A stretch of 64,000 nucleotides of DNA from an uncultured Phycisphaerales bacterium (GCA_963755915.1 CAVWLP010000002.1:2368001-2432000), one strand, 5' to 3'; counted from the first letter of the stretch, positions 20,793 through 32,631 are shown. The notes: a model not told the origin generated them from the letters alone. Made by a program: numbers and translations.

Positions 20793-21626
20793 ATGAGCAA
20801 ATTCGGCGGATTTCTGGCGGTTGTATTTGCGGTGTTGGCGATGCAGATTGGGGCGGTTCGGGGGGATGATGCCACGACGCGGGGATCGTACGCGGTGCGG
20901 ATCGTTCTGGCGGGCGATTCAACCACGGCGGTGGGGAGCGGCTGGGGGCCGGGGTTTATGAAATGCCTCGGCGATGACGTGCAGTGCATCAACATGGCCC
21001 GAGGCGGACGAAGCAGCCGGAGCTTTATTGCCGAGGGAAGGTGGAAGCAATGCCTGGATCTGAAGCCGGACTACGTGCTGATTCAGTTTGGGCATAACGA
21101 TCAGCCGGGGCATGGTGCGGCGCGGGAGTCGGATCCGGACGTGGCGTACCGGAAATTCATCAACCAGTATGTGGACGACGCGCGGGCTGCCGGCATTAAG
21201 CCGATTCTGATCACGCCCATGAGCCGGCGGCAGTGGGGGTCGGATGGGAAAATTCATTCGACTCTGGAGCCATATGCGAAAGTCGTGCGCGAGATCGCGG
21301 CCCAGAAAAATGTTCCGCTGATCGATCTTCATGCAATGGCGATTGAGTTGTACGAGCGGCTGGGGAAAACGGAGACGAACACGCTGGCGCCGCTGAAGGA
21401 TATCGTGCCTAAAGGGGCGAAAGCGCCGGCGAATGCGGATGATCTGGTTGCGGCAACACAGATGAGCCAGGGGCAAACCAGCACGACGCAGCCTTCGCCG
21501 GGCAAGACGTTTGACGGGACGCATCTGAATCCGAAGGGTTCGGCCCTGGTAGGGGCAATGGTGGCGGGGCAATTGGCGAAGGTCGTGCCGGACTTGGCAC
21601 CGTATATTCATGTGCCTGCGCAGTGA
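20793..21626 (+). CDS. SGNH/GDSL rhamnogalacturonan acetylesterase-like (CE12) secreted esterase
   Basis: AGDST, ARGGRSSRSF, QFGHND and DGTHLN motifs; signal peptide. Confidence 0.88.
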   Translation: MSKFGGFLAVVFAVLAMQIGAVRGDDATTRGSYAVRIVLAGDSTTAVGSGWGPGFMKCLGDDVQCINMARGGRSSRSFIAEGRWKQCLDLKPDYVLIQFGHNDQPGHGAARESDPDVAYRKFINQYVDDARAAGIKPILITPMSRRQWGSDGKIHSTLEPYAKVVREIAAQKNVPLIDLHAMAIELYERLGKTETNTLAPLKDIVPKGAKAPANADDLVAATQMSQGQTSTTQPSPGKTFDGTHLNPKGSALVGAMVAGQLAKVVPDLAPYIHVPAQ

Positions 21627-21660
21627 GCCCTGGGGGGGCGGAAGCACTGCGATCGGGGCA

Positions 21661-22623
21661 TCAGGGGGTGAACGTCAATATCAAGATAATCAGTGCATAC
21701 GCAATCGGATATGCGTAAAGGGAAATCTTGTCGATGCGAGCGGAGTGATGCGCCTTGCCTTCGTGGAAAAATCGCAGCGAGAGGCTCGACTGAAGGAGCG
21801 AGAGGAAAATCACAAACAGGCTGAAAAGGTGGATCTTATCGACAAGAGTGAGGTAGGGCATCTCCGGCAGGTTGCTGGTGGCGACGATTTCGGAACTGAC
21901 CGCGGCGAAGATCGCAGCGACGCCGACGGCAAATCGCGAATCGACGTCGCCCGGCTTGAAGAGGAAGGAGATGAAAGAGATGCCGACGGCGATGAAGATT
22001 CCTAAAAATGTCTTCACGTAGATCGAGGCGCTGTGGCGGGAAATGTCGATCGAGCAGATCAGACGGGAATAGGTTGAGTGGCCGCCAGCCGACTCGCTGG
22101 GGAGGCCGAAATTGGTGTGATATTCATGATCGACGACCTGGAACTGCGGCTGGGCACAGGTCCATCCGCTGAGGGAGAGCGGGCGAAGGTTCTGCATGTT
22201 GTCGCCGTCGATGATGTATTTCAGTTGACCCGATTCGTAGAAGCCGTCTTCCATTTCGAGCACTAACTGGTGATCGTCGAGGGGATAGCGGTGGTAGTCG
22301 AAGGCGATGTGAAAGACGCCGCGGCAGTGATAGGAGAGGTAGTGGTATCCGCCGACGGCTGGCGGACTGTATGGGTGTTCCTTTAACTGGAGCTCGGCGT
22401 TGAGAAATTCAAAGTTGCTGGGGTCGACATTTCCCCGCCAGCGGAACCAGATGTAGAAATCGACTGTGTAAGTGGAGCTTTTCAGGTCGAGGCCGTGGAT
22501 GTCGTTGATGTAGATTCCGACGTAGGTCGGTTGCGGGGCGTCGGATTGGGCGAACGCCGCCGGGGCGGCGAAGAGGGGGAAGAGAACCGCAAATAGCAAG
22601 AGGAGCCCGGATCGCGAATCCAT
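21661..22623 (-). CDS. Prokaryotic pentameric ligand-gated ion channel (Pro-loop receptor) homologue
   Basis: Signal peptide; VGIYINDI..LDLKSSTYTVDFYIWFRW; Pro-loop FDYHRYPLDDHQL; four C-terminal TM helices with LPEMPYLTLVD in the M2-M3 loop. Confidence 0.8.
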   Translation of the reverse strand: MDSRSGLLLLFAVLFPLFAAPAAFAQSDAPQPTYVGIYINDIHGLDLKSSTYTVDFYIWFRWRGNVDPSNFEFLNAELQLKEHPYSPPAVGGYHYLSYHCRGVFHIAFDYHRYPLDDHQLVLEMEDGFYESGQLKYIIDGDNMQNLRPLSLSGWTCAQPQFQVVDHEYHTNFGLPSESAGGHSTYSRLICSIDISRHSASIYVKTFLGIFIAVGISFISFLFKPGDVDSRFAVGVAAIFAAVSSEIVATSNLPEMPYLTLVDKIHLFSLFVIFLSLLQSSLSLRFFHEGKAHHSARIDKISLYAYPIAYALIILILTFTP

Positions 22624-22683
22624 GCCGGGGAGTTTACAGAAAAGCGAGCGGAATTGCCGGATGCGATGGCGCATCCGCCAGTG

Positions 22684-24141
22684 CTACTCCCACCCCCCGC
22701 CCAGCGCCTTGTAGACTGCCACCAGGTCGATCGTTACCTGCTCCTCGCTTTGTGCCATTTCGTCTTCGGCGGCGAAGAGGCTGCGCTGGGCGTCCAGGAC
22801 GTACAGAAAATCGGTGCTGCCTTTTTCGTAAAGCTCGGTGGAGAGATCGACGGCCTTCTGGTTGGCGGTGACGGCGCCTCGCAACGCTTCGAGACGGACC
22901 TGCTCGCGGTTGAAGGAGACCAGCGAGTCATCCACATCGCTGATGCTCTGGAGGACGACCTTGCGGTAAGCCTCCAGCGCCTCGGCCTGGCGGGCGTTTT
23001 GCACGTCGATGTTGGAGGAGACCTTACCGGCGTTGAAGATGTCCCAGGAGACGCCGGGAACGATCTCATACGTTCGGCTGGTCCAGTCAAAAATACTTTT
23101 GAGAGACTCGGATTCATCGCCAAGGGCGCCGGTGATGGAGAACTTGGGGAAGAGGTCGGCGGTGGCGACGCCAATGTTGGCGGTCGTCTCGGCAAGCTGG
23201 CGCTCGGCGCGGCGGACATCGGGCCGGCGGCGAAGCAGATCGCCCGGCACGCCGGGCGGAACATAGGATGGGCCGACGGGAATCGGGCCGACGGGATCCA
23301 ATTCCGCCTGAAGTGAGCCGGGAAACTGGCCGAGCAGTGTGCCCAGATGGTGCATGTTCAGGCGGATTTGCGCCTGGAAGCTGGGGATGGTCGACGCGGT
23401 GCTGTCAACCTGCGCTTCCTGCTGGGCGACGTCGAGATAGGGAACCAGCCCGCCCTCGGCCTTTCGGCGGGTGAGGTCGAGCGTCTGCTCCTGGCTGTGA
23501 AGATTGTCCTGGGCGATCTGCAGTTCGCGCTGGGCGGCGCGAAGCTCGATATAGTTGGCGGCGACATCGGACATGAGCGAGATGAGGACATCGCGCTTAT
23601 CCCACCATGCGGCCTGATACCCGTAATTCGCCGATTCGATCTGGCGGCGATTTTGACCGAAGACGTCGATTTCCCAGTTCATGTCGAAGCCGGCCTGCCA
23701 GGTGTCCGATTCGATTCCCGGGAAGGAGCCTCCGCTGCCGCTGGTGGAAGAAAATTCCTGTATCGCGGCGAGGTTCTGGCTGACGCGTTCGTGGGTGTAA
23801 CTGCCGTCGGCGCCGATATCGGGGAAGAGTCCGGCGACGTAGATGCCGCGGTTGGCGCGGGCTTCGCGGATGCGCGCCTCGGCGGCGATGATGTCGGGAT
23901 TGTTGACCACCGTGCGCTGGATCAGCGAATTGAGGATTGGGTCGTCCATCGTTTCCCACCAGCACTGGTAGTCGGGCTGCGTGGTGGCGCGGGCGGAAGG
24001 CTCGGAGGTCGGCTGGGTGGCGGATTCGATCTCGTTGAACTGCGCCGGCATTGCCGTATTGGGCGTTTTATAGTTCGGCCCAACCGCGCAGCTGCAGAGG
24101 ATCAGCACCAGGACTACGGACAGTGCGGTAATTCGATACAT
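22684..24141 (-). CDS. Outer membrane efflux lipoprotein (NodT/OprM family)
   Basis: Lipobox LCSC-AVGPNY, WEIDVFG, LLRRRPDVRRAE and YKALGGGW. Confidence 0.93.
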   Translation of the reverse strand: MYRITALSVVLVLILCSCAVGPNYKTPNTAMPAQFNEIESATQPTSEPSARATTQPDYQCWWETMDDPILNSLIQRTVVNNPDIIAAEARIREARANRGIYVAGLFPDIGADGSYTHERVSQNLAAIQEFSSTSGSGGSFPGIESDTWQAGFDMNWEIDVFGQNRRQIESANYGYQAAWWDKRDVLISLMSDVAANYIELRAAQRELQIAQDNLHSQEQTLDLTRRKAEGGLVPYLDVAQQEAQVDSTASTIPSFQAQIRLNMHHLGTLLGQFPGSLQAELDPVGPIPVGPSYVPPGVPGDLLRRRPDVRRAERQLAETTANIGVATADLFPKFSITGALGDESESLKSIFDWTSRTYEIVPGVSWDIFNAGKVSSNIDVQNARQAEALEAYRKVVLQSISDVDDSLVSFNREQVRLEALRGAVTANQKAVDLSTELYEKGSTDFLYVLDAQRSLFAAEDEMAQSEEQVTIDLVAVYKALGGGWE

Positions 24142-24146
24142 GCATT

Positions 24147-24179
24147 AATCCTTGAAATTCGTCAATCCTTGAAATTCGT
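24147..24179. repeat. 16-bp direct repeat in the HlyD-OMF intergenic region
   Basis: aatccttgaaattcgt occurs twice (24147, 24164). Confidence 0.6.
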
Positions 24180-24228
24180 TTGGGGCGTTTCGATAAAAAC
24201 GTCCATTTGTTGCCCCACATAGATCGGC

Positions 24229-25276
24229 TTATCGCCGACGTCGAAAGTATATAGTACCTGGAGCACGCGCGTGTCCACTCGCTCGGTGCTGTCGCCGGTG
24301 AGGGACTTCTTGGGGATGACGTACGGCTCGATCCGATAAAACTTGAGGTCGCAGCCTATATCGCGGTTCCCGCGAAGTATGCGACAGCGCGAAGCCCGCC
24401 ATCCGGATGCCGGGGCACCCGCCAGGCGTCGTTTTCGTCCACATCGGTGCGGACGACGAGCTTATCAAGATTTCCGATGAGCATGAGCGGATTTTGAAGC
24501 TCGCCGGCCGGAGCGTATTCGCCGAGATGGATTTTCACCTGCAAAATCTGCCCGTCGATCGGGGCAGTCACCGTCAGGCGGTCGATCAGGGTCTGGTCGT
24601 TTTGCACCTGCGCCTGGGCGGCGGCGAGGCTGGCCTTGGCGCTCTCAATGTCGGCCCGGGCGACTTTCAAATCTTCGTTCCAGGAACCGTCCTTGAGCAG
24701 CTCCAGATCGGCCTGGGATTCAGCGAGGTGAGCCTTGGCGATATCGACGGCGTGGGTGCGGCGATCGAGATCGTCCTGGCTGAAGGCCCTGGGATCAGAA
24801 ACACTTTTCAGGGTTCGGAGCTGGTCCTGAGCGTCCTCGAGGCTGTGCAGGTCGGCATCGACGCGGGCCTGGGCCGGCGGAATTTCTTCCGGACGCGGCA
24901 TCTGCTTGAGCCGATCAAATTTTGCCTGCACGGAGTCCAGCATGGATTGCTGCACCGCCACGTCGGCATATTTGGTCGCCAGATCTGCCCGGAGATCGCG
25001 ATCGTCGATGAGCCACAGCGGCTGGCCTTTGGTCACGTGATCGCCGACTTTCACGTAGATCTTCGTCACCACGCCCGGCACGACGGAGCCGACCTGGATG
25101 TTTTCGCTGAGGGGCTCGACGATGCCCGCACCGGCGACGTAATTGTCGAACGGCGCCTGGCTCGGCTCGGCCGCGGGGGGGGCGATGGGCGACGGGCGGC
25201 TGCCGGCGACGACCGTGTAGACGGCGAAGATGACGCCGACAACTGCGAGAAACGGCAGAAAAATTTTGCGGATCAT
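24229..25276 (-). CDS. HlyD family efflux periplasmic adaptor (frameshift near 24360)
   Basis: VAGAGIVEP, VKVGDHV, APIDGQIL, VRTDVDE; tail IEPYVIPKKSLTGDSTERVDTRVLQV in another frame. Confidence 0.9.
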
Positions 25277-25301
25277 GACGGACTCCGATGGTTTGGTGCT
25301 T

Positions 25302-26049
25302 TCAGTTTTGCAAATCTTCCGGGGAATCAACGACGCGCTGGATGATGCCGTCGTCCATCTGGGCGATACGGTCAGCAAATTCGAAAATGCGGGCGTCGTG
25401 CGTGACGATGACAAGCGATCGGCCGCTGCTCATGGCGGTGGAGCGCAAAAGCTCCATGATCTGATGCCCGGTTTCGTGATCGAGGGCGCTGGTCGGCTCG
25501 TCGCAGACGATGATCTTGGGATCGTGGACCAGGGCGCGTGCGATGGCGACCCGCTGCTGCTGTCCGCCGGAAAGCTGGCGGGGCAGCGATGCGTGGCGGG
25601 GGCCCAGGCCGACGTGCTCGAGCATTTCCCGAGCACGGGCGATGGCCCGCGGGCGCGGGGTTTTGTTGATGAGCAGGGGAATCGCCACGTTCTCGGCTGC
25701 GGTGAGCGTGGGGAGAAGGTTGAACGATTGGAAAACGAAGCCGATCGTTTGTCCGCGCAGGCGGGTCTTTTCGCGCCGGCATCGATTTGAAATCGTGGCC
25801 GAAGACGCTGCACTGGCCCTCATCGTGATTGAGGATGCCGGCGATGCAGCTAATGAGCGTGGTCTTTCCGCAGCCGGAGGGGCCGACGAGCATGAGCAGC
25901 TCGCCGCTGCGCACGTCGAGGTCGATTCCGCGCAATGCGGCCACTTTGGAATTGCCCTGGCCATAAGACTTGGTGACCCCCTGGCAGGAGACAGCCAGTT
26001 CCGGCGCCCTGGGCACGATCGACTGATATTCGGGAACGATCGAGGTCAT
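25302..26049 (-). CDS. ABC transporter ATP-binding protein (LolD/DevA-like; frameshift near 25775)
   Basis: GPSGCGKTT Walker A, LSGGQQQR, CDEPT and VTHD. Confidence 0.93.
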
Positions 26050-26053
26050 TACA

Positions 26054-27204
26054 TCACCCTTTAAAAACAATCGCGGGATCGACGCGAAGCACGCGAATGA
26101 TGCTGAAGCCGGCTGCCCCGACGCAGCAGAAAAGAATCGCCACGGCGCCCAGGACCGGGATTTGCCAGGGCATTTCAAAGGCGACGCCGATTTTGGAGAA
26201 GACAAATCCGGTAAGCGCCGCGCCGCCGACGCCCAGCCCGTAGCCGATTCCACCGGCCCACGTGGCCTGAAGTGCGACCATCTGAATGATCTTCAAATTT
26301 CCCGCGCCCATCGCCTTGATGGCGGCGAAATGGCGGATGTTGTCGAGCATAAAGGTGTAGAGCGTCTGCCCGCTCACCAAAACGCCGATGAGAAAACCCA
26401 GGCCGATGGTGATGCCGAAATTCACCAGGATTCCGGTTTTCTTCAGCACGTAATCCATCGTGATCGCGGCAAACTGGTTTGGCGTGACCGCCTTGAGGCC
26501 GGGAAGCTGATCGATGCGGCTCTGCACATCGGCGATCTCGAAACCGAGGCGGACTTTGACCAGGACGTAGCTGGTCATTCGTCGTTCCGACGGGGCCATC
26601 GTCAGGGCGCGGGTGTAGGTCGTGTAGATGACCGGGTCCCAGAAGAATTCGGGGGTCGCTCGGTAGGTGCCGGCCACGACAGCCTCGTGATCGTTGATAT
26701 CGATGCTGTCGCCGACGCGCAGCGGCGCGGGGGATTGGCGCGATTGAGCTTGAGAATGTCCTTCGCCTGATCGACGTTGATGAAGACGGCGCGGTCCTGG
26801 CGGAGGTCGTCGATTTTTCCCTCGACCATCCGGGCTGGAGCGCCGGTGAGAGTGGCGTCATCGACGCCGATCACGCGGACTGACACTTGCGTGCCGTCCG
26901 GCAGGCGCGATTTGAGATAGCTGCGCGACATCGGCACGGCCCAGAGCACGCCGCTGATGCCGCGGACGCGGTCGAGATTGGAGTCGAGAATCGGCTTGTT
27001 GGCTTCCGTGAAGTCGGCCTGATCGTTCATCACCCACAGATCGCAGCAGCGCTCGTCGTGAATCCACGAGCCGGTGCGGAGGGCGTAGCCGCAGAAGATC
27101 GACGCCTGCTGAGTCACCAGCAGCGCGGCAAAGGCGAGGCCGGCCACGAGGCTGATGTATTTCAGCCGATCACCGACGAGCATTTTCATGGCGAGAAAAT
27201 TCAT
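26054..27204 (-). CDS. ABC transporter permease (DevC/FtsX-like) 2 (frameshift near 26725)
   Basis: MLVGDRLKY...QQASIF; GQTLYTF..DN..HFAAIKAMGA; RVDPAIVFK. Confidence 0.9.
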
Positions 27205-27827
27205 CGCAGCATCCCGTGAAAAAGGCTATCGAGCATGAGCTTCATGCGCTGATCAAACGGCCGCCACTCCAGCCAGGCATCTTTGGCCTTGGTGACCTGC
27301 AGAGAGACCAGGCCATGCACGCCGGCCCAGAGGACCTGGGAAATCAGGTGCGCGTCGGTTAAGCCGTCGCGGAATTTTTTCGCTTCGATCGCCTGGCCGA
27401 CGGTGTAATGCAGGAACGCGTAGGCGTCTTCATCCGGGTTGCCCTTGCGGCACTCGTCCGATTCGTCTTCGCGGACGCCGTGGTAGGGGGTCATGAACAT
27501 CAGGCGATAGTGATTGGGATACGCCAGGCCGAACCGGCCATAGGTGACTCCGATTTCGTAAATGCGCTTCAGGGGGTCTTCGATCTTGGCCAGCTCCTGA
27601 AACGTCTCCGCCAAAGTCGCGAAATCCTCGGAGCAGATTTCGTGCAGGAGGGCCTCCTTGTCGGCGAAGTATTGGTAGATGACGGTGGGGGAGTATTCGA
27701 CGACGTCGGCGATCTTGCGCATCGAAACCGATTCCACACCTTCGGTGACGAATAGGTCTCGGGCGGCGTTGATGATCTTCGCCTTCACATCATCCCGTTG
27801 ACGTTGTCTTCGTTCTTTGGATCCCAT
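27201..27827 (-). CDS. TetR/AcrR family transcriptional regulator
   Basis: AARDLF..EGVESVSMRKIA...YSPTVIYQYFADKEAL HTH; WAGVHG C-terminal motif. Confidence 0.93.
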   Translation of the reverse strand: MGSKERRQRQRDDVKAKIINAARDLFVTEGVESVSMRKIADVVEYSPTVIYQYFADKEALLHEICSEDFATLAETFQELAKIEDPLKRIYEIGVTYGRFGLAYPNHYRLMFMTPYHGVREDESDECRKGNPDEDAYAFLHYTVGQAIEAKKFRDGLTDAHLISQVLWAGVHGLVSLQVTKAKDAWLEWRPFDQRMKLMLDSLFHGMLR

Positions 27828-27844
27828 AACGTCGTTAATATAGT

Positions 27845-27872
27845 TAACAGTGTTATATTTGTCAACAGTGTT
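27845..27872. promoter_or_regulatory. Tandem palindromic operator (AACAGTGTT x2) upstream of the internal TetR
   Basis: TAACAGTGTTA at 27845-27855 and AACAGTGTT at 27864-27872 in an AT-rich 50-bp gap. Confidence 0.65.
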
Positions 27873-27877
27873 TTAAA

Positions 27878-29053
27878 TTATGTCTTGAATACGATCGCCG
27901 GTTCGAGACGAAGCACGTTGTAAATGCTTATAAGCGATGAGATTATGCAGATGAAAAGAACCGCAACGGCGCTGATGGCCAGCAGTTGCCAGGGCATCCA
28001 GAAGGCGAGCTCGGTTTTCTGGGTGAAGACGCCAAAGACGCTGGCGAGGCCCACCCCCAAGCCATAGCCGATGGCGCCGACGAGAACGGCCTGGACGAGA
28101 ATCATTCGCAGAAGGATTGCCGAGTCAGCTCCCATCGCCTTGAGTGCGCCGAAATGTTTCAGGTTGTCGAGGGTGAAATTGTAGAACGTCTGACCGGCAA
28201 TGATGGTGCCAACGAAAAAGCCCAGGGCCACGGAGATGCCGAAGTTGATCGGGATGCCGGTGTTGGCCATGAAGTAGTCGACGGTTTTCCAGACGAATTG
28301 CGAGCGAGTGAATGCGCCCAGTCCCGTGGCGGCGGTGATGCGCTTGCACAGCTCGGCCGGATCGACGCCGCCCTGGGCTTTGACGAGAACGAAGCTGAGC
28401 AGCTTCCGCTCCTGCGGCGCGAATGTCGTGGCGCGGTTGTATGTCGTGTAAACGACCGGCTGGCTTTGGAACGTGCGCGAGACCTGGCAGAGCCCGACGA
28501 CGATGGCGCGGTGATCGTTGAGTTCCAGTGCGTCGCCGACTTTCAGAGAGATCGGCGCGCCGCCGTTATCGGGGATCTTCGCGAGCTTATCGTCCGCGCC
28601 GACTTTATCGACGATGACCGCCTCCGAGCGGCGGAGGTCTTCGATGCGGCCGATTTTTCCGGTCGAATCGGGAACCATTTTCGGCGGGCCGCCGATCAGC
28701 GTGGCGTCGTCGAGGCCGATGACGTTGCAGGTCTGGAAGTTGCCGTTCTCCAGGCGGGCACGGATGAGGCCCTTGTAAAGCGGCACCGCCCACTCGACGC
28801 CGGTGACGCCGCGAACGCGGTAAAGCTGCGTGTCCTGCATCGGTTTGATGTCGTCGATGAACTGGACTTTCTTGTCCATCACCCAGATATCGGGCTGGCC
28901 CAGATCGGTGATGGCGCCGAAGGTGCGGGTCATCAGTCCGCAGAAGATGGCGGTTTGCTGGGTGATCAGCAGGGAGGCGAAGGTGAGGCCGATGAGAATG
29001 CCGATGTACTTCGCCCGGTCTCCGACGAGCATTTTGATGGCGATGAAATTCAT
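27878..29053 (-). CDS. ABC transporter permease (DevC/FtsX-like) 1
   Basis: MNFIAIKMLVGDRAKY...GQTFYNFTLDNLKHFGALKAMGA...RLEPAIVFK; paralogue of 26054-27204. Confidence 0.92.
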   Translation of the reverse strand: MNFIAIKMLVGDRAKYIGILIGLTFASLLITQQTAIFCGLMTRTFGAITDLGQPDIWVMDKKVQFIDDIKPMQDTQLYRVRGVTGVEWAVPLYKGLIRARLENGNFQTCNVIGLDDATLIGGPPKMVPDSTGKIGRIEDLRRSEAVIVDKVGADDKLAKIPDNGGAPISLKVGDALELNDHRAIVVGLCQVSRTFQSQPVVYTTYNRATTFAPQERKLLSFVLVKAQGGVDPAELCKRITAATGLGAFTRSQFVWKTVDYFMANTGIPINFGISVALGFFVGTIIAGQTFYNFTLDNLKHFGALKAMGADSAILLRMILVQAVLVGAIGYGLGVGLASVFGVFTQKTELAFWMPWQLLAISAVAVLFICIISSLISIYNVLRLEPAIVFKT

Positions 29054-29691
29054 GACGGCCTCTGGTATCGCGCGGCGATTTCGCGGATGCCTCCCAGCGA
29101 AAAGCGCGTGATGTGATCGGCCAGTTCTTCGACGTGCTGGTCGAGATCGGCGTAGATGGGGCTGAGCCGCTTGAGGACCGGGCGGGCGAAGTGGTAGTGG
29201 AGCATCTGGCCGACAACGCTGACGGTGCATTTGGCGATGACGCGCGGCGGGAGGTCGCCGAGCAGGTCGTGAACGATTTCCTGGAGAACCGTCTGGTTTG
29301 GCCGGACGTGCTCGTCGACGAAGGAGTCGAGGGCGCCGGATGGTTCGGTCATTTCACGGGCGAGGAGCCGGGTGAACCAGGACGGACGGCCGGGGTCGAG
29401 CAGGTGGCGAAGGAATTGGCGGATGAATTCGCGGAGACGTTGCTCGGGAGAGAGTTTCGGTGAGGGGGCCGGGTCGCCATCCGCATGCAAGCGGCAATCT
29501 GCAAAGACGGCGAGATAAAGCTTCTGCTTGTCGCCAAAGTGGTAGTTGACGGCCGCGATGTTGGCTCCGGCCTTTTTGCAGATCTCGCGAACGGTGCTGT
29601 TCGCGAAGCCCTTCTCGGCGAAGACCTCGCCGGCAGAGTCCAATAATCGGCGGCGGGTTTCGAGGGAATTATCAGTGGTAATGTCAGTCAT
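29050..29691 (-). CDS. TetR family regulator (CecR/YbiH-like C-terminus)
   Basis: AGEVFAEKGF...TVREIC..AGANIAAVNYHFGDKQKLY; REMTEPS; FSLGGI. Confidence 0.9.
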   Translation of the reverse strand: MTDITTDNSLETRRRLLDSAGEVFAEKGFANSTVREICKKAGANIAAVNYHFGDKQKLYLAVFADCRLHADGDPAPSPKLSPEQRLREFIRQFLRHLLDPGRPSWFTRLLAREMTEPSGALDSFVDEHVRPNQTVLQEIVHDLLGDLPPRVIAKCTVSVVGQMLHYHFARPVLKRLSPIYADLDQHVEELADHITRFSLGGIREIAARYQRPS

Positions 29692-29709
29692 TTGTTTCAA
29701 TCTATTATT

Positions 29710-29725
29710 TCAAACATATGTTTGA
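29710..29725. promoter_or_regulatory. Perfect 16-bp palindrome, likely TetR operator
   Basis: TCAAACATATGTTTGA about 20 nt upstream of the TetR start. Confidence 0.7.
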
Positions 29726-29781
29726 GATCAAGTAAAAAAAGGAATTGGATCAGGCGAATTATATAACTTAATGTTAGTAAA

Positions 29782-30216
29782 TCAGTTAGCTTTCGCTGGC
29801 GGATTTGAATATCCGATGCGATAGTTTCCGTCGAGGATTGCTCCAGCGCCTACCGCCAGCGACGGGGCCAGCACATCGCCCTTGATTTCGGCTTCTGGGC
29901 CGACCAGGACCGGGCCGTGGCTTGTGACTGTGGCTTTGACCTTTCCCTTCACCACGAGCCCACCGCAGAGAACCCGATCGGCGACGATGTTCCCCTTCTT
30001 CTCCACGCTGACGATGCCGCAGGTTTCGAAGCTGCGGCGGGCCTGATAGTCTTTTACGCGTAAATCTTCCAGCCGCAGTGACTTGTGGCAGAACTTGCAG
30101 ACCACCGACAGGGCCTTGCGGGAGACCGGCTGCGATTGGCCGCAGTGAAGGCAGACGATGTTTGGCCCATCGTCGCCAGTGGGAGAATTTTGGATCGGCT
30201 CTAGCGGGATCGCCAT
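29782..30216 (-). CDS. Bactofilin-like protein with an N-terminal zinc finger
   Basis: CLHC...CKFC followed by beta-helix repeats (LVVKGKVKA, VLVGPEAEIKGDV, LAVGAGAILDG). Confidence 0.75.
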   Translation of the reverse strand: MAIPLEPIQNSPTGDDGPNIVCLHCGQSQPVSRKALSVVCKFCHKSLRLEDLRVKDYQARRSFETCGIVSVEKKGNIVADRVLCGGLVVKGKVKATVTSHGPVLVGPEAEIKGDVLAPSLAVGAGAILDGNYRIGYSNPPAKAN

Positions 30217-30258
30217 GTGCAAGTCACCCGGTAGCCTCAATCGGCAAGCGGGGTGATT

Positions 30259-30687
30259 TTACCCCACTTTAGCCGGTAGCGGGGCGGGCGAACTCGAAAT
30301 GCGGGGATTGACCTGCACCGAAACGCGCGGTGTGCCGCCGGTCTTCACGGCGTCTGGACCCACACTGACATGCCCACTGAAAACGGCGCCTTCCTCGACG
30401 ATGAGCTTGTTGGCCCGCATATCGCCTTCGTATCGGGCGCTGCTTTTGAGCTCGATCCGGTCAGACGCTGCAAGATTGCCGTGAATCTCTCCCTCGACAA
30501 GAAGCGAACCCGCTTCGATGTCGGCCTGGACCTTCGCCTCCTTGGCGACGTGAACCCGGCCGGCAGTGTTGACCTTGCCTTCGAGGCGGCCATGTATCCG
30601 CATGCCCTTCTCGAACGACAGCTCGCCCTTGAAGCTGGCGTCCGGCCCAATGACAGTCGGGAAATCCTGCGGTGATGAATCCGCCAT
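30259..30687 (-). CDS. Bactofilin (polymer-forming cytoskeletal protein)
   Basis: TVIGPDASFKGELSF..MRIHGRLEG...LIVEEGAVFSG; GGAGG RBS. Confidence 0.92.
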   Translation of the reverse strand: MADSSPQDFPTVIGPDASFKGELSFEKGMRIHGRLEGKVNTAGRVHVAKEAKVQADIEAGSLLVEGEIHGNLAASDRIELKSSARYEGDMRANKLIVEEGAVFSGHVSVGPDAVKTGGTPRVSVQVNPRISSSPAPLPAKVG

Positions 30688-30845
30688 TTGGAATCCTCCA
30701 AAAGTTGACATTTTTGCCGGCCATCCAAGCCGGTCATTCTTTCTTTGCGCGATTATAACGAGAGAATCCGCGGTAACCAGAGCTTACGCGCAGATTTTGC
30801 GCAAAAGAAAAAGGGGTGGTCTGTTTGGACTCCATGTCGAAATAC

Positions 30846-30875
30846 GAATTCCCCACGGCGGCGCCGTGGGCGTTC
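30846..30875. repeat. 30-bp palindromic repeat, identical to the copy at 42597-42626
   Basis: gaattccccacggcggcgccgtgggcgttc. Confidence 0.8.
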
Positions 30876-30898
30876 TGGGAGTGAACGACCCAGTAATG

Positions 30899-30930
30899 AA
30901 AAAGGCCCCGACTTTTTCGAAGTCGGGGCC
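30899..30930 (-). terminator. Rho-independent terminator downstream of degP
   Basis: ggccccgactt-tttcg-aagtcggggcc preceded by an A-run on the plus strand (T-tract on minus). Confidence 0.75.
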
Positions 30931-30959
30931 GTCAAGCGCGGTTGCACGGGCAGCGTTTC

Positions 30960-32551
<1,592 letters not shown>

Positions 32552-32631
32552 GGATAACTCCTTTAATTCGCTATTGCCAATGGGTAAGAATACGATCAAA
32601 CCCGATTGGCGAAAACTGGGCAACGGCAAAT

